From: Cyanobacteria bacterium auto_48_18
Lineage (GTDB): Bacteria; Cyanobacteriota; Vampirovibrionia; Obscuribacterales; Obscuribacteraceae
DNA: 64,000 bases
Reading direction: 5' to 3'
Assembly: GCA_036170915.1 (NCBI GenBank)
Contig: JAVHQC010000022.1
Span: forward strand, 1 to 64,000
Shown here: positions 39,386 to 49,782 of the stretch, piece by piece
How positions within the stretch are numbered: position 1 is the stretch's first letter
Layout: every line of letters begins with the position of its first letter
Program-made: the position numbers and the translations under genes
The notes under the pieces: generated by a model
The model's input: the letters and a program-made list of their open reading frames with translations, nothing else
Database searches by the model: none
What the model was told of the DNA's origin: nothing

Positions 39386-39411
39386 GGCGCTAATGTTAAG
39401 TAACTCAGTTG
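39386..39411. repeat. 26-bp element, inverted copy at 32725-32750
   Basis: GGCGCTAATGTTAAGTAACTCAGTTG. Confidence 0.9.
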
Positions 39412-39515
39412 CGGGAGGCGCTCAACAGTTGTTGGCAGGGCCTTTTAAGATCTTTCGAGGGGCTCGGTGAGGGCCAGATCGTCGCGGGTTATAATGAAGG
39501 CTCCCGGGTTTATTC

Positions 39516-41369
39516 ATGCGATTTCCACAGCTCAAACTTTCGCACAAAGGCATATTGATGGTGGCGCTTCCTCTGGCTATTCAGGGTGGGGTGTACCTTA
39601 AGCTGAAAAGCGATCTGGCTCATCTTGAGCGAGAAACACGTGAGCTTGACGTGCGGCGTGACATCGTCAATCGCGTAAACCAAACTCTGCTTTATACCTT
39701 TTATGGCTTTCAATCGTTGATGCAGTTCAAGCTTTACGGCAAGAAAAGCAGTCGTGTTTATTTTGAGACGTATACAAAAAATCTGATCAAAGAAAATGAC
39801 GAACTGGCCGACATCATCGACAAAACTGAAGGTGATAAAACTAAAGGTGCCAGGCTGAGATTTCTTTCCCGTGACTACATTGTCGCCTTGAAAGAGTCTC
39901 AGTTTAATCCTGACGAGCAAAATCAGTTCGCTTCTATCACTGATGATTTGCTGCGTAATATTCACTTTCGTGACGTTTCGCGTGAGATGTTCACCGCCCT
40001 CAAAGACTTAGGTTTGGCAGAACAAGCCCGAGTTACTTATGCATCAGGCCGTGAAGAAGCTTATCGAAAGAAAGTACAGCAAGCCACTGATATGACAGTG
40101 CTTTTTAACGCTATCGTGGCACTTCTGCTGGCGATTGTTTTTGTGCGCGGCACGGTGGCAAAGCTTAACGTGCTAAAAGAGAATACAAGACGATTTGCCG
40201 GCAGCAAACCCTTGCTGGAGCGCCTTAACTCCACCGATGAGATTGGCGAGCTGGATAGCTTTTTCCATACCATGGCCGAAGCTCTCAATGAAGCGCGCTT
40301 GAAAGAAAAGTATATGAATGCGCTTCTGCAAGACAGCAAAGAACGCCTGGAAAATTTGATCAACAATATTCCAGCGGCCCTTGTGGTAACTGACGAACAA
40401 GGCCGCATTCAGTCTCTTAACCCCACCGCGGAAAAGCTTTTTGGTTATACCAATGACCAATTGATTCAGCAGCCTGTGGAAAAACTTTTTGCCAGACTGA
40501 GTAAAGGTGAGTCTCTATTCGAAAAGCTCAATAGTGGCTCTGGGGGGCATCCTGTTGCACTGGAAGGCCTGTCGTCTGATCAGGAAATCATCGCGGTGGA
40601 AGTAACGGCCACTCATTTTGCTGGACCAGATGGAAAAAGTATTCTTGCTACTATTATTGATGTCACCGAGCGTTATCGCCTCGAGGCGCTTAAACACGAG
40701 TTCTATGCTATGGTCAGTCATGATATTCGTACTCCTCTTACCACCATCAGCGGTATCTTGCAGTTGGCCCGCATGGGCCGCTATGGCGAAGTCAACCGCG
40801 AGCTGGCTGCGCGTTTTCAGGTGGCAGAAGATAACACGCATCGCTTGCTAGAGATGGTCAACAAACTGCTTGATCTGGACAAACTAGAAGAAGGCACAGT
40901 CGAGCTGCTACTCGAGCATGTGCCGGTAAAGTTTGTGGCCGGTGCAGCAATTGGCTCTACGCTGGCTCAGGCTGAGGCTAAGCAAGTGACTATTTCATGC
41001 ATTGATCGCAATTTGTCAGTTATGTGTGATGCTCACTATTTGACTCAAGTGATGACCAATTTGCTCGCTAATGCCATCGGTTATTCTCCTGCCTGTGGCG
41101 CCATTTTAATTGAGGCCCAAGAGCAGGCTGGAGGCCGCTTTGTTTGTATCAGTGTTAGCGACCAGGGCCCGGGCGTGCCTGAGGCGGCCAGAGCAACGGT
41201 TTTCGAACGCTTCAAGCAAAGCGATGTGCGGCGCGATCGCAAAAGTGGTTTTGGCCTTGGCCTCTCAATATGCAAAACCATAATTGATTTGCACGGTGGG
41301 CAAATCGGCGTTGATACCGCATCTGGTGGCAGCGGTGCCAGATTCTGGTTCAGGCTGGCAAAAGGCTAA
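39516..41369 (+). CDS. Membrane sensor histidine kinase (HAMP, PAS, HisKA, HATPase)
   Basis: Two TMs; DEIGEL; SHDIRTPL; NLLANA; DQGPG; GFGLGL; TATAAT at 39490. Confidence 0.95.
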   Translation: MRFPQLKLSHKGILMVALPLAIQGGVYLKLKSDLAHLERETRELDVRRDIVNRVNQTLLYTFYGFQSLMQFKLYGKKSSRVYFETYTKNLIKENDELADIIDKTEGDKTKGARLRFLSRDYIVALKESQFNPDEQNQFASITDDLLRNIHFRDVSREMFTALKDLGLAEQARVTYASGREEAYRKKVQQATDMTVLFNAIVALLLAIVFVRGTVAKLNVLKENTRRFAGSKPLLERLNSTDEIGELDSFFHTMAEALNEARLKEKYMNALLQDSKERLENLINNIPAALVVTDEQGRIQSLNPTAEKLFGYTNDQLIQQPVEKLFARLSKGESLFEKLNSGSGGHPVALEGLSSDQEIIAVEVTATHFAGPDGKSILATIIDVTERYRLEALKHEFYAMVSHDIRTPLTTISGILQLARMGRYGEVNRELAARFQVAEDNTHRLLEMVNKLLDLDKLEEGTVELLLEHVPVKFVAGAAIGSTLAQAEAKQVTISCIDRNLSVMCDAHYLTQVMTNLLANAIGYSPACGAILIEAQEQAGGRFVCISVSDQGPGVPEAARATVFERFKQSDVRRDRKSGFGLGLSICKTIIDLHGGQIGVDTASGGSGARFWFRLAKG

Positions 41370-41528
41370 GTTCGAAGTTTGCGCAAGACCTCGACATTTT
41401 TTTGTGTTGTCATGAACAGGCTGGGGTCATGAGGGGCTTACCTTAGCCCCGGCTAATACATTCGCCATTGAAACTCATCAATATGCTTATATAATCCAGC
41501 AGCATCTTTAGTAAAATTAGGAGTTTTC

Positions 41529-42467
41529 ATGTTTGCGCCGAAATTCAAATGCACATTGACCACTGCAATTTCTCTGGCCGCGTTGGTGGCACTACCAGCG
41601 GTGGCAGCGTCTGCCGATCCGGCGCAATTTGTCATGGAATACTACGCCGCCAAAGCTAAAGTCAAATTTCCGCTAGAGCTGCATGGCTTTTACTCTAAAC
41701 GGCTAGAAGTGAAACAAGCTGAGTTTGAAAAAATGCGCAAGGAAAATTCGCCTGAATATCGCATGATGATGGAGATGTTTAAACTGATAGGCGGTCAGGA
41801 ACCAACAGCAATCAAAATTGTCGGCACAAATACTGGTACTGCGGTGCGTCCGGTTTACAACATTGCTCCCGTAGTAATTCCTGAGCACTATAAGAAGCAG
41901 ATGACACCTGGTGCGAAGACATCATTGAAAGGCACTGTCGGTCTCGTTAAAGAGGCAGGAGCCTGGAAAGTAGATAAAGATTTCTGGAAATTTGAAGTGG
42001 TCAGCAAAGACGGCAAGTTCTCAGAGACTACTGGTTTTAACGACGAGAAGAGCGATGCTGGTGCTCGTGACTCTGATGCGCTTGTTAGCAGTCGCGGCAT
42101 CGATGGCGGCGATTCGCTCAGCAAGCTGATGGATGCTTTCAAAAATGAGTCTGCAACCATGACCGAGAAAACAGGTAAAAGCATTTATGCAGTGGTAAAA
42201 GTTGACGCCGACGGTTTAATCACCGATGTAAAAGTGGGTGGCGAGAAAACACCGCAACCCGCAGCTGAAGCTCAGGTTCGCGATATCTTGCTCAAGACCC
42301 AACCATTTAAACCATTGCCAAAAAAGTATGCTGGGCAGACTAATGCCTGGATGATGTTTGACTGGTCCGACAAAGGTACCGCCATCTCTGGACCGTATTT
42401 CAGCGAAGGCGAAGTCTCTGAAGATATTCGCAGCAAAGTACATACGGTGGAGCCGGCAGCAAAGTAA
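41529..42467 (+). CDS. Exported hypothetical protein, possible TonB-C-like domain
   Basis: Signal peptide; AGGAG RBS; VKVDADG...PFKPLP. Confidence 0.75.
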   Translation: MFAPKFKCTLTTAISLAALVALPAVAASADPAQFVMEYYAAKAKVKFPLELHGFYSKRLEVKQAEFEKMRKENSPEYRMMMEMFKLIGGQEPTAIKIVGTNTGTAVRPVYNIAPVVIPEHYKKQMTPGAKTSLKGTVGLVKEAGAWKVDKDFWKFEVVSKDGKFSETTGFNDEKSDAGARDSDALVSSRGIDGGDSLSKLMDAFKNESATMTEKTGKSIYAVVKVDADGLITDVKVGGEKTPQPAAEAQVRDILLKTQPFKPLPKKYAGQTNAWMMFDWSDKGTAISGPYFSEGEVSEDIRSKVHTVEPAAK

Positions 42468-42484
42468 AATTGCGAAATAACTCG

Positions 42485-43234
42485 CTAAACTTCAATGGCG
42501 AGCAACTGCATCAAATTGATCAGAGCTGGTGTTGGGCTGTGTCGATTGGCGCAGCGCCACTTAAGATGAAAAGGCAATTTGTGCATGTAGTGACCAGAGA
42601 GCATCTCAACAATAGCTGCTTGTTCTGCGGTGGTGGCACGTTCAAAAGCTTCGATCAGCGGTTCAATTGCTTTTTCGTGTTTGAGCCAACCCAGCAAATA
42701 AATTGCTGCCATGCGGCGCGAGCTGCACTCTTGCTTTAACTCGCCTACCAGATTAACGAAGTTGGTGCGTTTAGCAATATCTTTTAAGACTTGCTTAGCC
42801 CGATTGACGCTTAAATGACCGCTGCCCGTGCTGACATTGTCGGCCATCATTTGCACGATAATTGCACGCCATTCGGCACTTTTTCCCGCAAATTCGAGTG
42901 CCAAATTGAGAATTGGTGTTTCGCAAGTTTTCAACTTTGAGGCAGTGGGCATTGTGCTAGAAATTGAGGCATTGAGCATGGAGCGCATTGTGCGTAAAGC
43001 AAGGGCAAAAGCAGTTTCCATCACCTGGGAATTATTTGACCTGGCGGCAATTGAGATGTACATGTCTAGTCTGGCTTGAACACTTAGTTCTTCCTCATCG
43101 ATAATCAGCGGTAGGGCGTGGCCAGTGGCACGGGCCTCAATATAATTAGAGAGGGCCGACAAGCTGGCCACCGCTGCTTCTGGCGCATGGGCGTGGGGAA
43201 GAGGTGAAAGATTTTGGCTGTCGTTAGTCTGCAT
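42485..43234 (-). CDS. HEAT-repeat-like protein
   Basis: RRMAAIYLLGWLKHEKAIEPLI. Confidence 0.65.
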   Translation of the reverse strand: MQTNDSQNLSPLPHAHAPEAAVASLSALSNYIEARATGHALPLIIDEEELSVQARLDMYISIAARSNNSQVMETAFALALRTMRSMLNASISSTMPTASKLKTCETPILNLALEFAGKSAEWRAIIVQMMADNVSTGSGHLSVNRAKQVLKDIAKRTNFVNLVGELKQECSSRRMAAIYLLGWLKHEKAIEPLIEAFERATTAEQAAIVEMLSGHYMHKLPFHLKWRCANRHSPTPALINLMQLLAIEV

Positions 43235-43375
43235 TTTACTTCCCTGAACTCGCGGAACTTGATGAGCCGGGACTAATTCCCTGCTTACCGAATGTAAGCG
43301 GGCAAAATGACATTGACGTTACAGTTTTCTATTTCTATGTGACTATAATCTTGGTGTTGTTGAAGAGGGGCGGGC

Positions 43376-44047
43376 TTGTCAAAGGTTTTAATAGTTGAAG
43401 ACGACGTGTCTATCGCTCAGGTAGTCAAAGACGCTTTGACCGACGCGAAATACATGGTCGACATGGTGCACAACGGCGGCGACGCTCGTGAGTATCTGAA
43501 AAGCGTCACTTACGATTTGATTGTGATGGATTGGCAATTGCCTGACACCACCGGAATTGACCTGACTACAGAGTTTCGCGCAGCTGGGGGCACTTCGCCT
43601 GTTTTGTTTTTAACAGGTCGAAACACTGTACCTGACCGCATTACTGGTCTTGATTCAGGCGGCGATGATTATCTCACCAAACCTTTTGACATCCGCGAAC
43701 TTCTGTCTCGCGCTCGCGCACTGCTGCGCCGGCCGGCCCCGGTTACATATAAGTCGTTGAAAATACGCGAACTCGAACTTGACCCAGTGCAGCACGTAGT
43801 CAGTTTAAATGGTGCGCAAATCAAGCTCTACCCAAAAGAGTTTTCTTTGCTGGAGCTATTCATGCGCAGTCCGCAAAGAGTATTTTCCGGCGATGATTTA
43901 CTAAATAAAGTTTGGCCCACAGATTCAGATGCATCAATAGAAACTGTGCGCACCACAATTTTGCGATTGCGCCAGAAAATAGAGACAGACCCGGACAATC
44001 CTTTTATCAGGACCATCCGGGGTGTCGGTTATCGATTGGAGCCTTAG
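43376..44047 (+). CDS. OmpR/PhoB-family response regulator
   Basis: VEDD, DWQLP, DDYLTKPF, IRTIRGVGY. Confidence 0.95.
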   Translation: MSKVLIVEDDVSIAQVVKDALTDAKYMVDMVHNGGDAREYLKSVTYDLIVMDWQLPDTTGIDLTTEFRAAGGTSPVLFLTGRNTVPDRITGLDSGGDDYLTKPFDIRELLSRARALLRRPAPVTYKSLKIRELELDPVQHVVSLNGAQIKLYPKEFSLLELFMRSPQRVFSGDDLLNKVWPTDSDASIETVRTTILRLRQKIETDPDNPFIRTIRGVGYRLEP

Positions 44048-44050
44048 AGC

Positions 44051-45295
44051 TTAATAGTCGTTCTCTGGGGTGCTAGAGTCGCCGCGCATGGCATCCATTC
44101 TTGCTTTTAATGTAGGATTGATCGATTCCAGTTTTTCCAGGTTGTTGGAAACCGGCACGATGAAGCCTTTGTAGAGGCGGTGAGTGTTGTGACCAGTGGT
44201 GATGTTTTTCAGTTGAGTGGCCAGGGTGTCCATTTCTCTTTTTTGTTCGGCAGTGTAGTGGCCGTCAATTTTGATATCGAGCAAGCGGCAGGCAACATGG
44301 CTGTAACCTTCATTAGGTCTCAGTGTGGCCATGGCATCAATCTGGTTTTTCAGATCACTATCGCAATTATCTTTTGGTTTAGAGTTGGCCTTATCAGCTG
44401 CTTCACGCTCTTCCTTTTCTCTCAGAGCATCTTCAACAAGTTGGTCTTCGTATTTTTGTTCAGATTTTGAAATGCCGTCTTCAGGAACATCTACGTGGGG
44501 TGAGAAATCATCTACAGGAGCCAGGCCAGTTCTGCGATCGAGTTTATCGATGTTGATGCCGCGGCCGATGCCGAATGGTCCCATATGTTTGATTAAGGGC
44601 TGATCGCCGTTAAGCAGTGTTCTGACAAAGCTGGCGTTTCTTTCGTTGTAGACTTCGTCTTCTTCACCATTGGCGGCCTTTTCTTTGTAGTCTTTCAAGA
44701 AGGCTTTGTAGTCGCTCTTGCTGAGGCGTCCATTTTCTTTGTGAGAAGCGTCAAGGGCGTGCAGCAAAGCGCCGTTATTTTCGTACAGTGGAGATGCGGC
44801 ATCAAACGCTTGATCAGCTCTTAGCTCGCGTTTCAGAACACGGTTATTTTGTCTGCCCCAGCGATTGAGATCCGCATCTTCAATAGCGTTTGGATCGAAT
44901 TCAAATTGCTTGGTTGTGTGAGCCAGTTGGTCGTAGAAGGTTTTGTTCATTTTGGGCGAAGCTGAGGTGCTCTTCAGTTCGTCTGCGAAAATTGAAGCGA
45001 AGCCTCCTTGTTGAGAAATTGCGTTAACTTCAGGCTTGCTTATAACATTGTCGTTGTTCTGATCGAATTGGCCTTTATTTCTGCTCAGGTAAGCTACTGT
45101 CATGTTGGGCAGGTGTCCGGTCTCTGATAGCTCGGCAGCTACGTTCTTCCAATATTCCTTGTGTTGCGATTCAGACTTGAAGTCTCCGCGAGAATTTTCG
45201 TATTCTCTTTGCATATTTTGCACGGCAGAGTCGGCGCCGCCAGCAAGATAGCTATGGGAAAGTCTCTCAGCGTTTTTTACTGGATCGTCTGACAT
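44051..45295 (-). CDS. Hypothetical protein with EF-hand-like loops and possible degenerate LysM-like C-terminus
   Basis: DQNNDNVISKPE; TLRPNEGYSHVACRLL...LYKG; ATG 45295 after GGAGG. Confidence 0.75.
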   Translation of the reverse strand: MSDDPVKNAERLSHSYLAGGADSAVQNMQREYENSRGDFKSESQHKEYWKNVAAELSETGHLPNMTVAYLSRNKGQFDQNNDNVISKPEVNAISQQGGFASIFADELKSTSASPKMNKTFYDQLAHTTKQFEFDPNAIEDADLNRWGRQNNRVLKRELRADQAFDAASPLYENNGALLHALDASHKENGRLSKSDYKAFLKDYKEKAANGEEDEVYNERNASFVRTLLNGDQPLIKHMGPFGIGRGINIDKLDRRTGLAPVDDFSPHVDVPEDGISKSEQKYEDQLVEDALREKEEREAADKANSKPKDNCDSDLKNQIDAMATLRPNEGYSHVACRLLDIKIDGHYTAEQKREMDTLATQLKNITTGHNTHRLYKGFIVPVSNNLEKLESINPTLKARMDAMRGDSSTPENDY

Positions 45296-45642
45296 GTAAG
45301 ATTCCTCCAAAAGGAACGAAGTCGGGGGGTGGAGGCAACTCGCCTCTCAGTGATGTCAATGTAGTGGCCGAATATAACAACCACATTGCATAGATTGAAA
45401 ATTTGCGAAGAATCAAAAAAACTTGGCGACTCCTTATATAAGGAATGCGCGGGGCAAAATTTGTTTTTTGTGTTACGTCAATGTTATGTAGCGAAGGCAT
45501 TATTACATCGTGAGTCGAAGCACCACCGGCAGAACCAGGGTGCGACGCATCGACAACTAAAGTTTCATCGGGGGATGGAAGTGGGGGAGGCAGGTTTTAC
45601 CTGTCTCTCTCTCATTTTAAGGCCCATTTGCCGTGAATCCAG

Positions 45643-46782
45643 TCAGGCTTGCATGAAGTCTCTAATCAAATTATGAAATTGAAAGACGCCGTTCTCCCAC
45701 TGAGGTGAATAGCGGCCGGTATCATAAAAGCGAGAACGGATGCCTTTTTGCACCAGCTCGACCACTGCTTCGTCTTCCATCTCGGTTTGATGAATATCCT
45801 TAACCGAATAATTGCCAAACCGCTCTTCGCGCCAGACATAAGTAAGGAAGCGGATTCTAGTAGTGTTGTGGCTTTGGGGCATGATCACATTGACAGACAA
45901 ACCCCAGGGATAAAAATTGAACATCATATTGGGGAAGAGCCAGTAGTAGTAGGCGGCAATCAGCTGGCCGAAATCTGGTGATGTGGGCGGCAGCTCAAAA
46001 GCATCTTCTTCGCGTGCGGCCACACCAATTTGAACATTGCAAAATGCATGAAAGTCAGTGTGATAGGCCTTTGTGTCAAGCAGCGAAACTAGCGATGGAT
46101 GGATGAAAGGCACATGCAGACCTTCCAGATAGTTCTCTATATAAAGCGCCCAATTAGCATTGATGAAATAGTCGCGAGAGAGCTCTGGTGCAAACTTGAA
46201 CTGATCTAAAGGAAGAAAGGACAAACGCTCTTTCATGGCACCGATGATTTGATCGAGTTCCAGAGTGGGTTCAACTGCGGCAAACAATAAATTTCCCCAA
46301 GTACCCATGGCTGCGTGCGGCAAATTGTCTTGTGCGTTGGGGAAATCTTCTGCTCCTTCAAACCCAGGCGCTGATTGATATTTTCCATCTAAAGCAAAGC
46401 GCCTGCCGTGATATCGACAACGAATCGAACTGTGTTCGCAGTTTTTTTCAATTAAAAGACTGCCGCGATGAGTGCAAACATTCGACAAGCAATTGAGCTT
46501 TTTTTCTTCTTGAGTGAGCAGCAAAGGCTCATTTAGACTGCCCTCTAACAACGTAAAAGGAGCCATAGCTCCGGTTTTTACCTGGCCGTTCTCAGTTAAC
46601 TCGGCAAAGATAGTTGGTGTGTCGCCTACAAATTGCCAGGTGCGCGCGAAAATTTTCTCAAGACTCAAATCATACTGCGCCGCGTCCAGATAAAAGCTGG
46701 CAGGCATGGTTCTGGCCTTCTCAACAGGCAGTGCATCTTGCGAATTTTGTTGTTTTATGGGGCGCGGTTTTTGACTGGTCAT
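45643..46782 (-). CDS. Rieske ring-hydroxylating oxygenase alpha subunit (choline monooxygenase-like)
   Basis: CTHRG...CRYHG Rieske motif; ENYLEGLHVPFIH; ED..E.VQKG. Confidence 0.9.
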   Translation of the reverse strand: MTSQKPRPIKQQNSQDALPVEKARTMPASFYLDAAQYDLSLEKIFARTWQFVGDTPTIFAELTENGQVKTGAMAPFTLLEGSLNEPLLLTQEEKKLNCLSNVCTHRGSLLIEKNCEHSSIRCRYHGRRFALDGKYQSAPGFEGAEDFPNAQDNLPHAAMGTWGNLLFAAVEPTLELDQIIGAMKERLSFLPLDQFKFAPELSRDYFINANWALYIENYLEGLHVPFIHPSLVSLLDTKAYHTDFHAFCNVQIGVAAREEDAFELPPTSPDFGQLIAAYYYWLFPNMMFNFYPWGLSVNVIMPQSHNTTRIRFLTYVWREERFGNYSVKDIHQTEMEDEAVVELVQKGIRSRFYDTGRYSPQWENGVFQFHNLIRDFMQA

Positions 46783-46973
46783 GGGCCTACCTGCTGCTAT
46801 AACGGCAGTCTAAGGATACTGCAAAATCGAAATGCCATCTACCGCGTGTCATGTTTAGACTACATCAAAGCTCGGCTATGCAGCTCTAGAGCCAGTTTCG
46901 GGAGTTTCTGGAGGAACTTAGAGCGTCATTATTCGTCAAGGCGAAGGCAAGAAATGATGCTAAGGAGGCTTAT

Positions 46974-47372
46974 ATGAAGCTCAATAGAAGAAGCCGAGCT
47001 AACAAGCTTAGCGGCAGTGCACCCATTCCTCTCACGATTGTTCAGCCCGACGACGAGGCCGAGACTTATCGAGATGAAACAGACGGGGCATTTTTCAGAG
47101 AAGATAGCGGTGAGCTGTACGCTCGCGATTATTTTGCTGATGAAGAAGAAAGGCTGGGCAATCTTGAGACCCCCCACATGGCCAATAAAGATATTCGTGA
47201 GTGGTCAGATGGTTTGAGAGACGAAGAAAATCTCCAGGATGATCAGAATGAAGACGAGGAACTATCGCCCGAGTCAATGCTTCAATACGTAGACCTGGCT
47301 CTGGAAGCCGGTGACGTTGATAGCTTTGAAGTGTCTTTGCGACCAGCGGCAATAGATATTGCTGCGGCCTGA
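46974..47372 (+). CDS. Acidic hypothetical protein
   Basis: 132 aa; AGGAGG RBS. Confidence 0.7.
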   Translation: MKLNRRSRANKLSGSAPIPLTIVQPDDEAETYRDETDGAFFREDSGELYARDYFADEEERLGNLETPHMANKDIREWSDGLRDEENLQDDQNEDEELSPESMLQYVDLALEAGDVDSFEVSLRPAAIDIAAA

Positions 47373-47395
47373 GCCGCCTGAGTTATACTTAGGCA

Positions 47396-47986
47396 ATGGT
47401 CGAAGAAAGTCAAAATTTGCCCAAGCTTGCGCCACCTGGTGCTGGTTTGCCAGCTTTAGAAATGTTTTTGCAAAAGAATATTGTGTTTCCGATTTTTTGC
47501 AAGATCACGTTTGACAGTGCTATCAGGCTGTTTGAGAAAGAATCAAAGTTGCTTCTGCGAGAAGTGACTTTGATTCCTGAGCCATTGCGCGATAAAAAAA
47601 TACTTGTGCCCAGACTTCCGGCCATAGAAGACAGTTCACGTTTCTGGTCGGCGGCAATGGTGCTCGAACATCTGATTATTGTGGGCAACAGCATTAAGAT
47701 TGTGGCACAGCATCTTGCTGCGGGAGAGAAGCCGCCAGGTGAGGCGAACATCGCGCAGGTGAAGCCTCCAGGCAATTTGTCGGGGGCCGTTTGTATCGAA
47801 CAATATCGCACTTATAGCGATGATTTTTTGAAAGCTGTACGCGGCATGCGTGGCGATCAATGGGCCACAGGTACTTTTAATCATCCCTGGTTTGGTCCGC
47901 TTACTTTGCACAAATGGATTTGTCTAGCTGCTATACACCAGCGTGTTCATCGCCGTCAGGTGGAAGCCATCATTAGTAGGCTTTAG
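47396..47986 (+). CDS. DinB-family protein
   Basis: WSAAMVLEHL, HPWFGPL, HQRVH. Confidence 0.85.
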   Translation: MVEESQNLPKLAPPGAGLPALEMFLQKNIVFPIFCKITFDSAIRLFEKESKLLLREVTLIPEPLRDKKILVPRLPAIEDSSRFWSAAMVLEHLIIVGNSIKIVAQHLAAGEKPPGEANIAQVKPPGNLSGAVCIEQYRTYSDDFLKAVRGMRGDQWATGTFNHPWFGPLTLHKWICLAAIHQRVHRRQVEAIISRL

Positions 47987-47994
47987 TTGGTTGG

Positions 47995-48017
47995 AAAAAA
48001 ACCTGCGCAGGTTTTTT
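47995..48017. terminator. Bidirectional terminator
   Basis: AAAAAACCTGCGCAGGTTTTTT. Confidence 0.65.
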
Positions 48018-48022
48018 GCAGC

Positions 48023-48071
48023 TTGACGCACACGCCCGATTCATGATAGATTGCGTACCAACTAGTCGGTA
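48023..48071 (+). promoter_or_regulatory. Sigma70-type promoter plus palindromic TetR operator
   Basis: TTGACG-N18-TAGATT with extended TG; TACCAACTAGTCGGTA palindrome just upstream of the tetR ATG. Confidence 0.7.
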
Positions 48072-48079
48072 TGTAATAA

Positions 48080-48709
48080 ATGGCGCGAACGAGAGATAAG
48101 GTCGCAACTAGAATAAAGCTGCTTGAAGCCGCTCGCGACACTATTCGCTTGAAAGGCTATGCCGGCACGACCGTAGACGACGTCTGTGCGGCGGCAGGCA
48201 GCACTAAAGGGAGTTTCTTTCATCATTTTGACAGCAAAGAGCAGCTCGGCATTGCTGCTGCTGAAAACTTCGGTGCTATGGCCCAGAATATTTTCAGTAC
48301 TGCACCCTATCATGCTCATCAAGATCCAGTAGATAGGCTTTTAGGTTACGTAGATTTTCGCATTGCCATGTTGGACGGCGACATTTCGCTTTACACCTGC
48401 TTGCTTGGCACCATGGTGCAAGAGGTTTATGCCACTCATCCCCAGTTGCGCGAAGTTTGCAATCAACAAATGGCAGACCATATAGCCGAACTGGAAATTG
48501 ACATCGAAGCTGCCAAAAAGCTCTATGCGCCTGACGCAACCTGGACCGTCAAAAGCGTGGGCTATTTCATTCAAGTTGTAATTCAAGGCGCGTTTGTTTA
48601 TGCCAAAGCCCAGCAAAATCCACAAGTAGCCATAGATAGCCTTATGCATCTTCGTTCTTATCTTCAGTCTATATTTCCAAACCGCACAAAAAAGGAAAGA
48701 GCAAATTGA
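48080..48709 (+). CDS. TetR/AcrR-family regulator (NemR-like)
   Basis: GYAGTTVDDVC...KGSFFHHFDSKEQL; CLLGTMVQE. Confidence 0.92.
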   Translation: MARTRDKVATRIKLLEAARDTIRLKGYAGTTVDDVCAAAGSTKGSFFHHFDSKEQLGIAAAENFGAMAQNIFSTAPYHAHQDPVDRLLGYVDFRIAMLDGDISLYTCLLGTMVQEVYATHPQLREVCNQQMADHIAELEIDIEAAKKLYAPDATWTVKSVGYFIQVVIQGAFVYAKAQQNPQVAIDSLMHLRSYLQSIFPNRTKKERAN

Positions 48710-49206
48710 GCACCACAGCCAGCACTACCGCTAATACCACCGCGCCTGGGCGCGAATTAAGATTAACGCGCCTGATTGACGCTCCACGTGAGCTTGTATA
48801 TCGCGCCTGGACCGATCCGGAGTTGTTGGTGCAATGGTTTACACCGGCACCATATACGACTCCAAGCGCTATTTTAGATGTGCGGCCGGGAGGCTCAAAC
48901 GTGATTATTATGCGCGACCCTGACGGCAATGAATTTCCCAATAAAGGCATCTATTTAGATGTGATACCAAATGAAAAACTTGTACTCACCGACGCATATA
49001 CAAGTGCCTGGGAGCCGTCAGAAAAACCCTTCATGACCACCACGCTTACCTTTGAGAATGAAGGCGGCAAGACTAGATATACGGCCCGAGTCTGTCACTG
49101 GAGCGAAGCCGATCGCGAGGCACACGAAAAAATGGGCTTCCATGACGGCTGGTCTAAAGCCACAGATCAGTTGGAAGAGTTGATGGCGAAGCTACAAAAT
49201 AAGTAA
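48706..49206 (+). CDS. SRPBCC (AHSA1-like) protein
   Basis: TRLIDAPRELVYRAWTDP, DVRPGG, MGFHDGW. Confidence 0.9.
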   Translation: MSTTASTTANTTAPGRELRLTRLIDAPRELVYRAWTDPELLVQWFTPAPYTTPSAILDVRPGGSNVIIMRDPDGNEFPNKGIYLDVIPNEKLVLTDAYTSAWEPSEKPFMTTTLTFENEGGKTRYTARVCHWSEADREAHEKMGFHDGWSKATDQLEELMAKLQNK

Positions 49207-49226
49207 TAAGAGGAACTGAAAATAAA

Positions 49227-49781
49227 ATGTTGAAGAAGATTGCAATAATCATAGCCGGTGTTTTAGTGGTAGCTGTGGGAGCCGTTCTAGCCATTGCTGC
49301 CGGTAAACCGGATGTGCTGCATGTTGAGCGATCAGCTCTGATTTCGGCTCCTCCGGCGACGATTTTTCCTATCGTCAACGATCTGCACCGGTGGACAGAA
49401 TGGTCACCTTATGAAGAGAAAGATCCAAAAATGAAGCGCACATTCAGTGGTGCTGATAAAGGCAAAGGTGCCGTCTACACCTGGGATGGCAACGACGAAG
49501 TTGGTAGCGGACGCATGGAAATTGCTGAAGTAACCGAACCATCAAAAATTAGTATCAATTTGCACTTCATCAAACCTTTTGAAGGTGACAACCTGTCTGA
49601 ATTTACATTCGTTCCTGAAGGTGATGCCACCAAAGTTACGTGGTCTATGACCGGCGAAAGCAAATTCCTTTGCAAAGTGATGCAGGTATTTATGAACATG
49701 GATGATATGTGCGGTAATGATTTTGCCAAAGGGCTGGCTAAATTGAAAACTGTGGCGGAAGGTGCTAAACCGGCTGCTTAG
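49227..49781 (+). CDS. SRPBCC/polyketide cyclase-like protein with N-terminal anchor
   Basis: VERS..ISAPP, WSPY...DP, GLAKLK. Confidence 0.88.
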   Translation: MLKKIAIIIAGVLVVAVGAVLAIAAGKPDVLHVERSALISAPPATIFPIVNDLHRWTEWSPYEEKDPKMKRTFSGADKGKGAVYTWDGNDEVGSGRMEIAEVTEPSKISINLHFIKPFEGDNLSEFTFVPEGDATKVTWSMTGESKFLCKVMQVFMNMDDMCGNDFAKGLAKLKTVAEGAKPAA

Positions 49782-49782
49782 G

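Noticed and set aside
39374..39401. dif/Xer site (TAATGTTAAGT resembles the XerD arm)
   Set aside because: No XerC-like arm, and conservation among the three copies lies on the wrong side of the putative arm.
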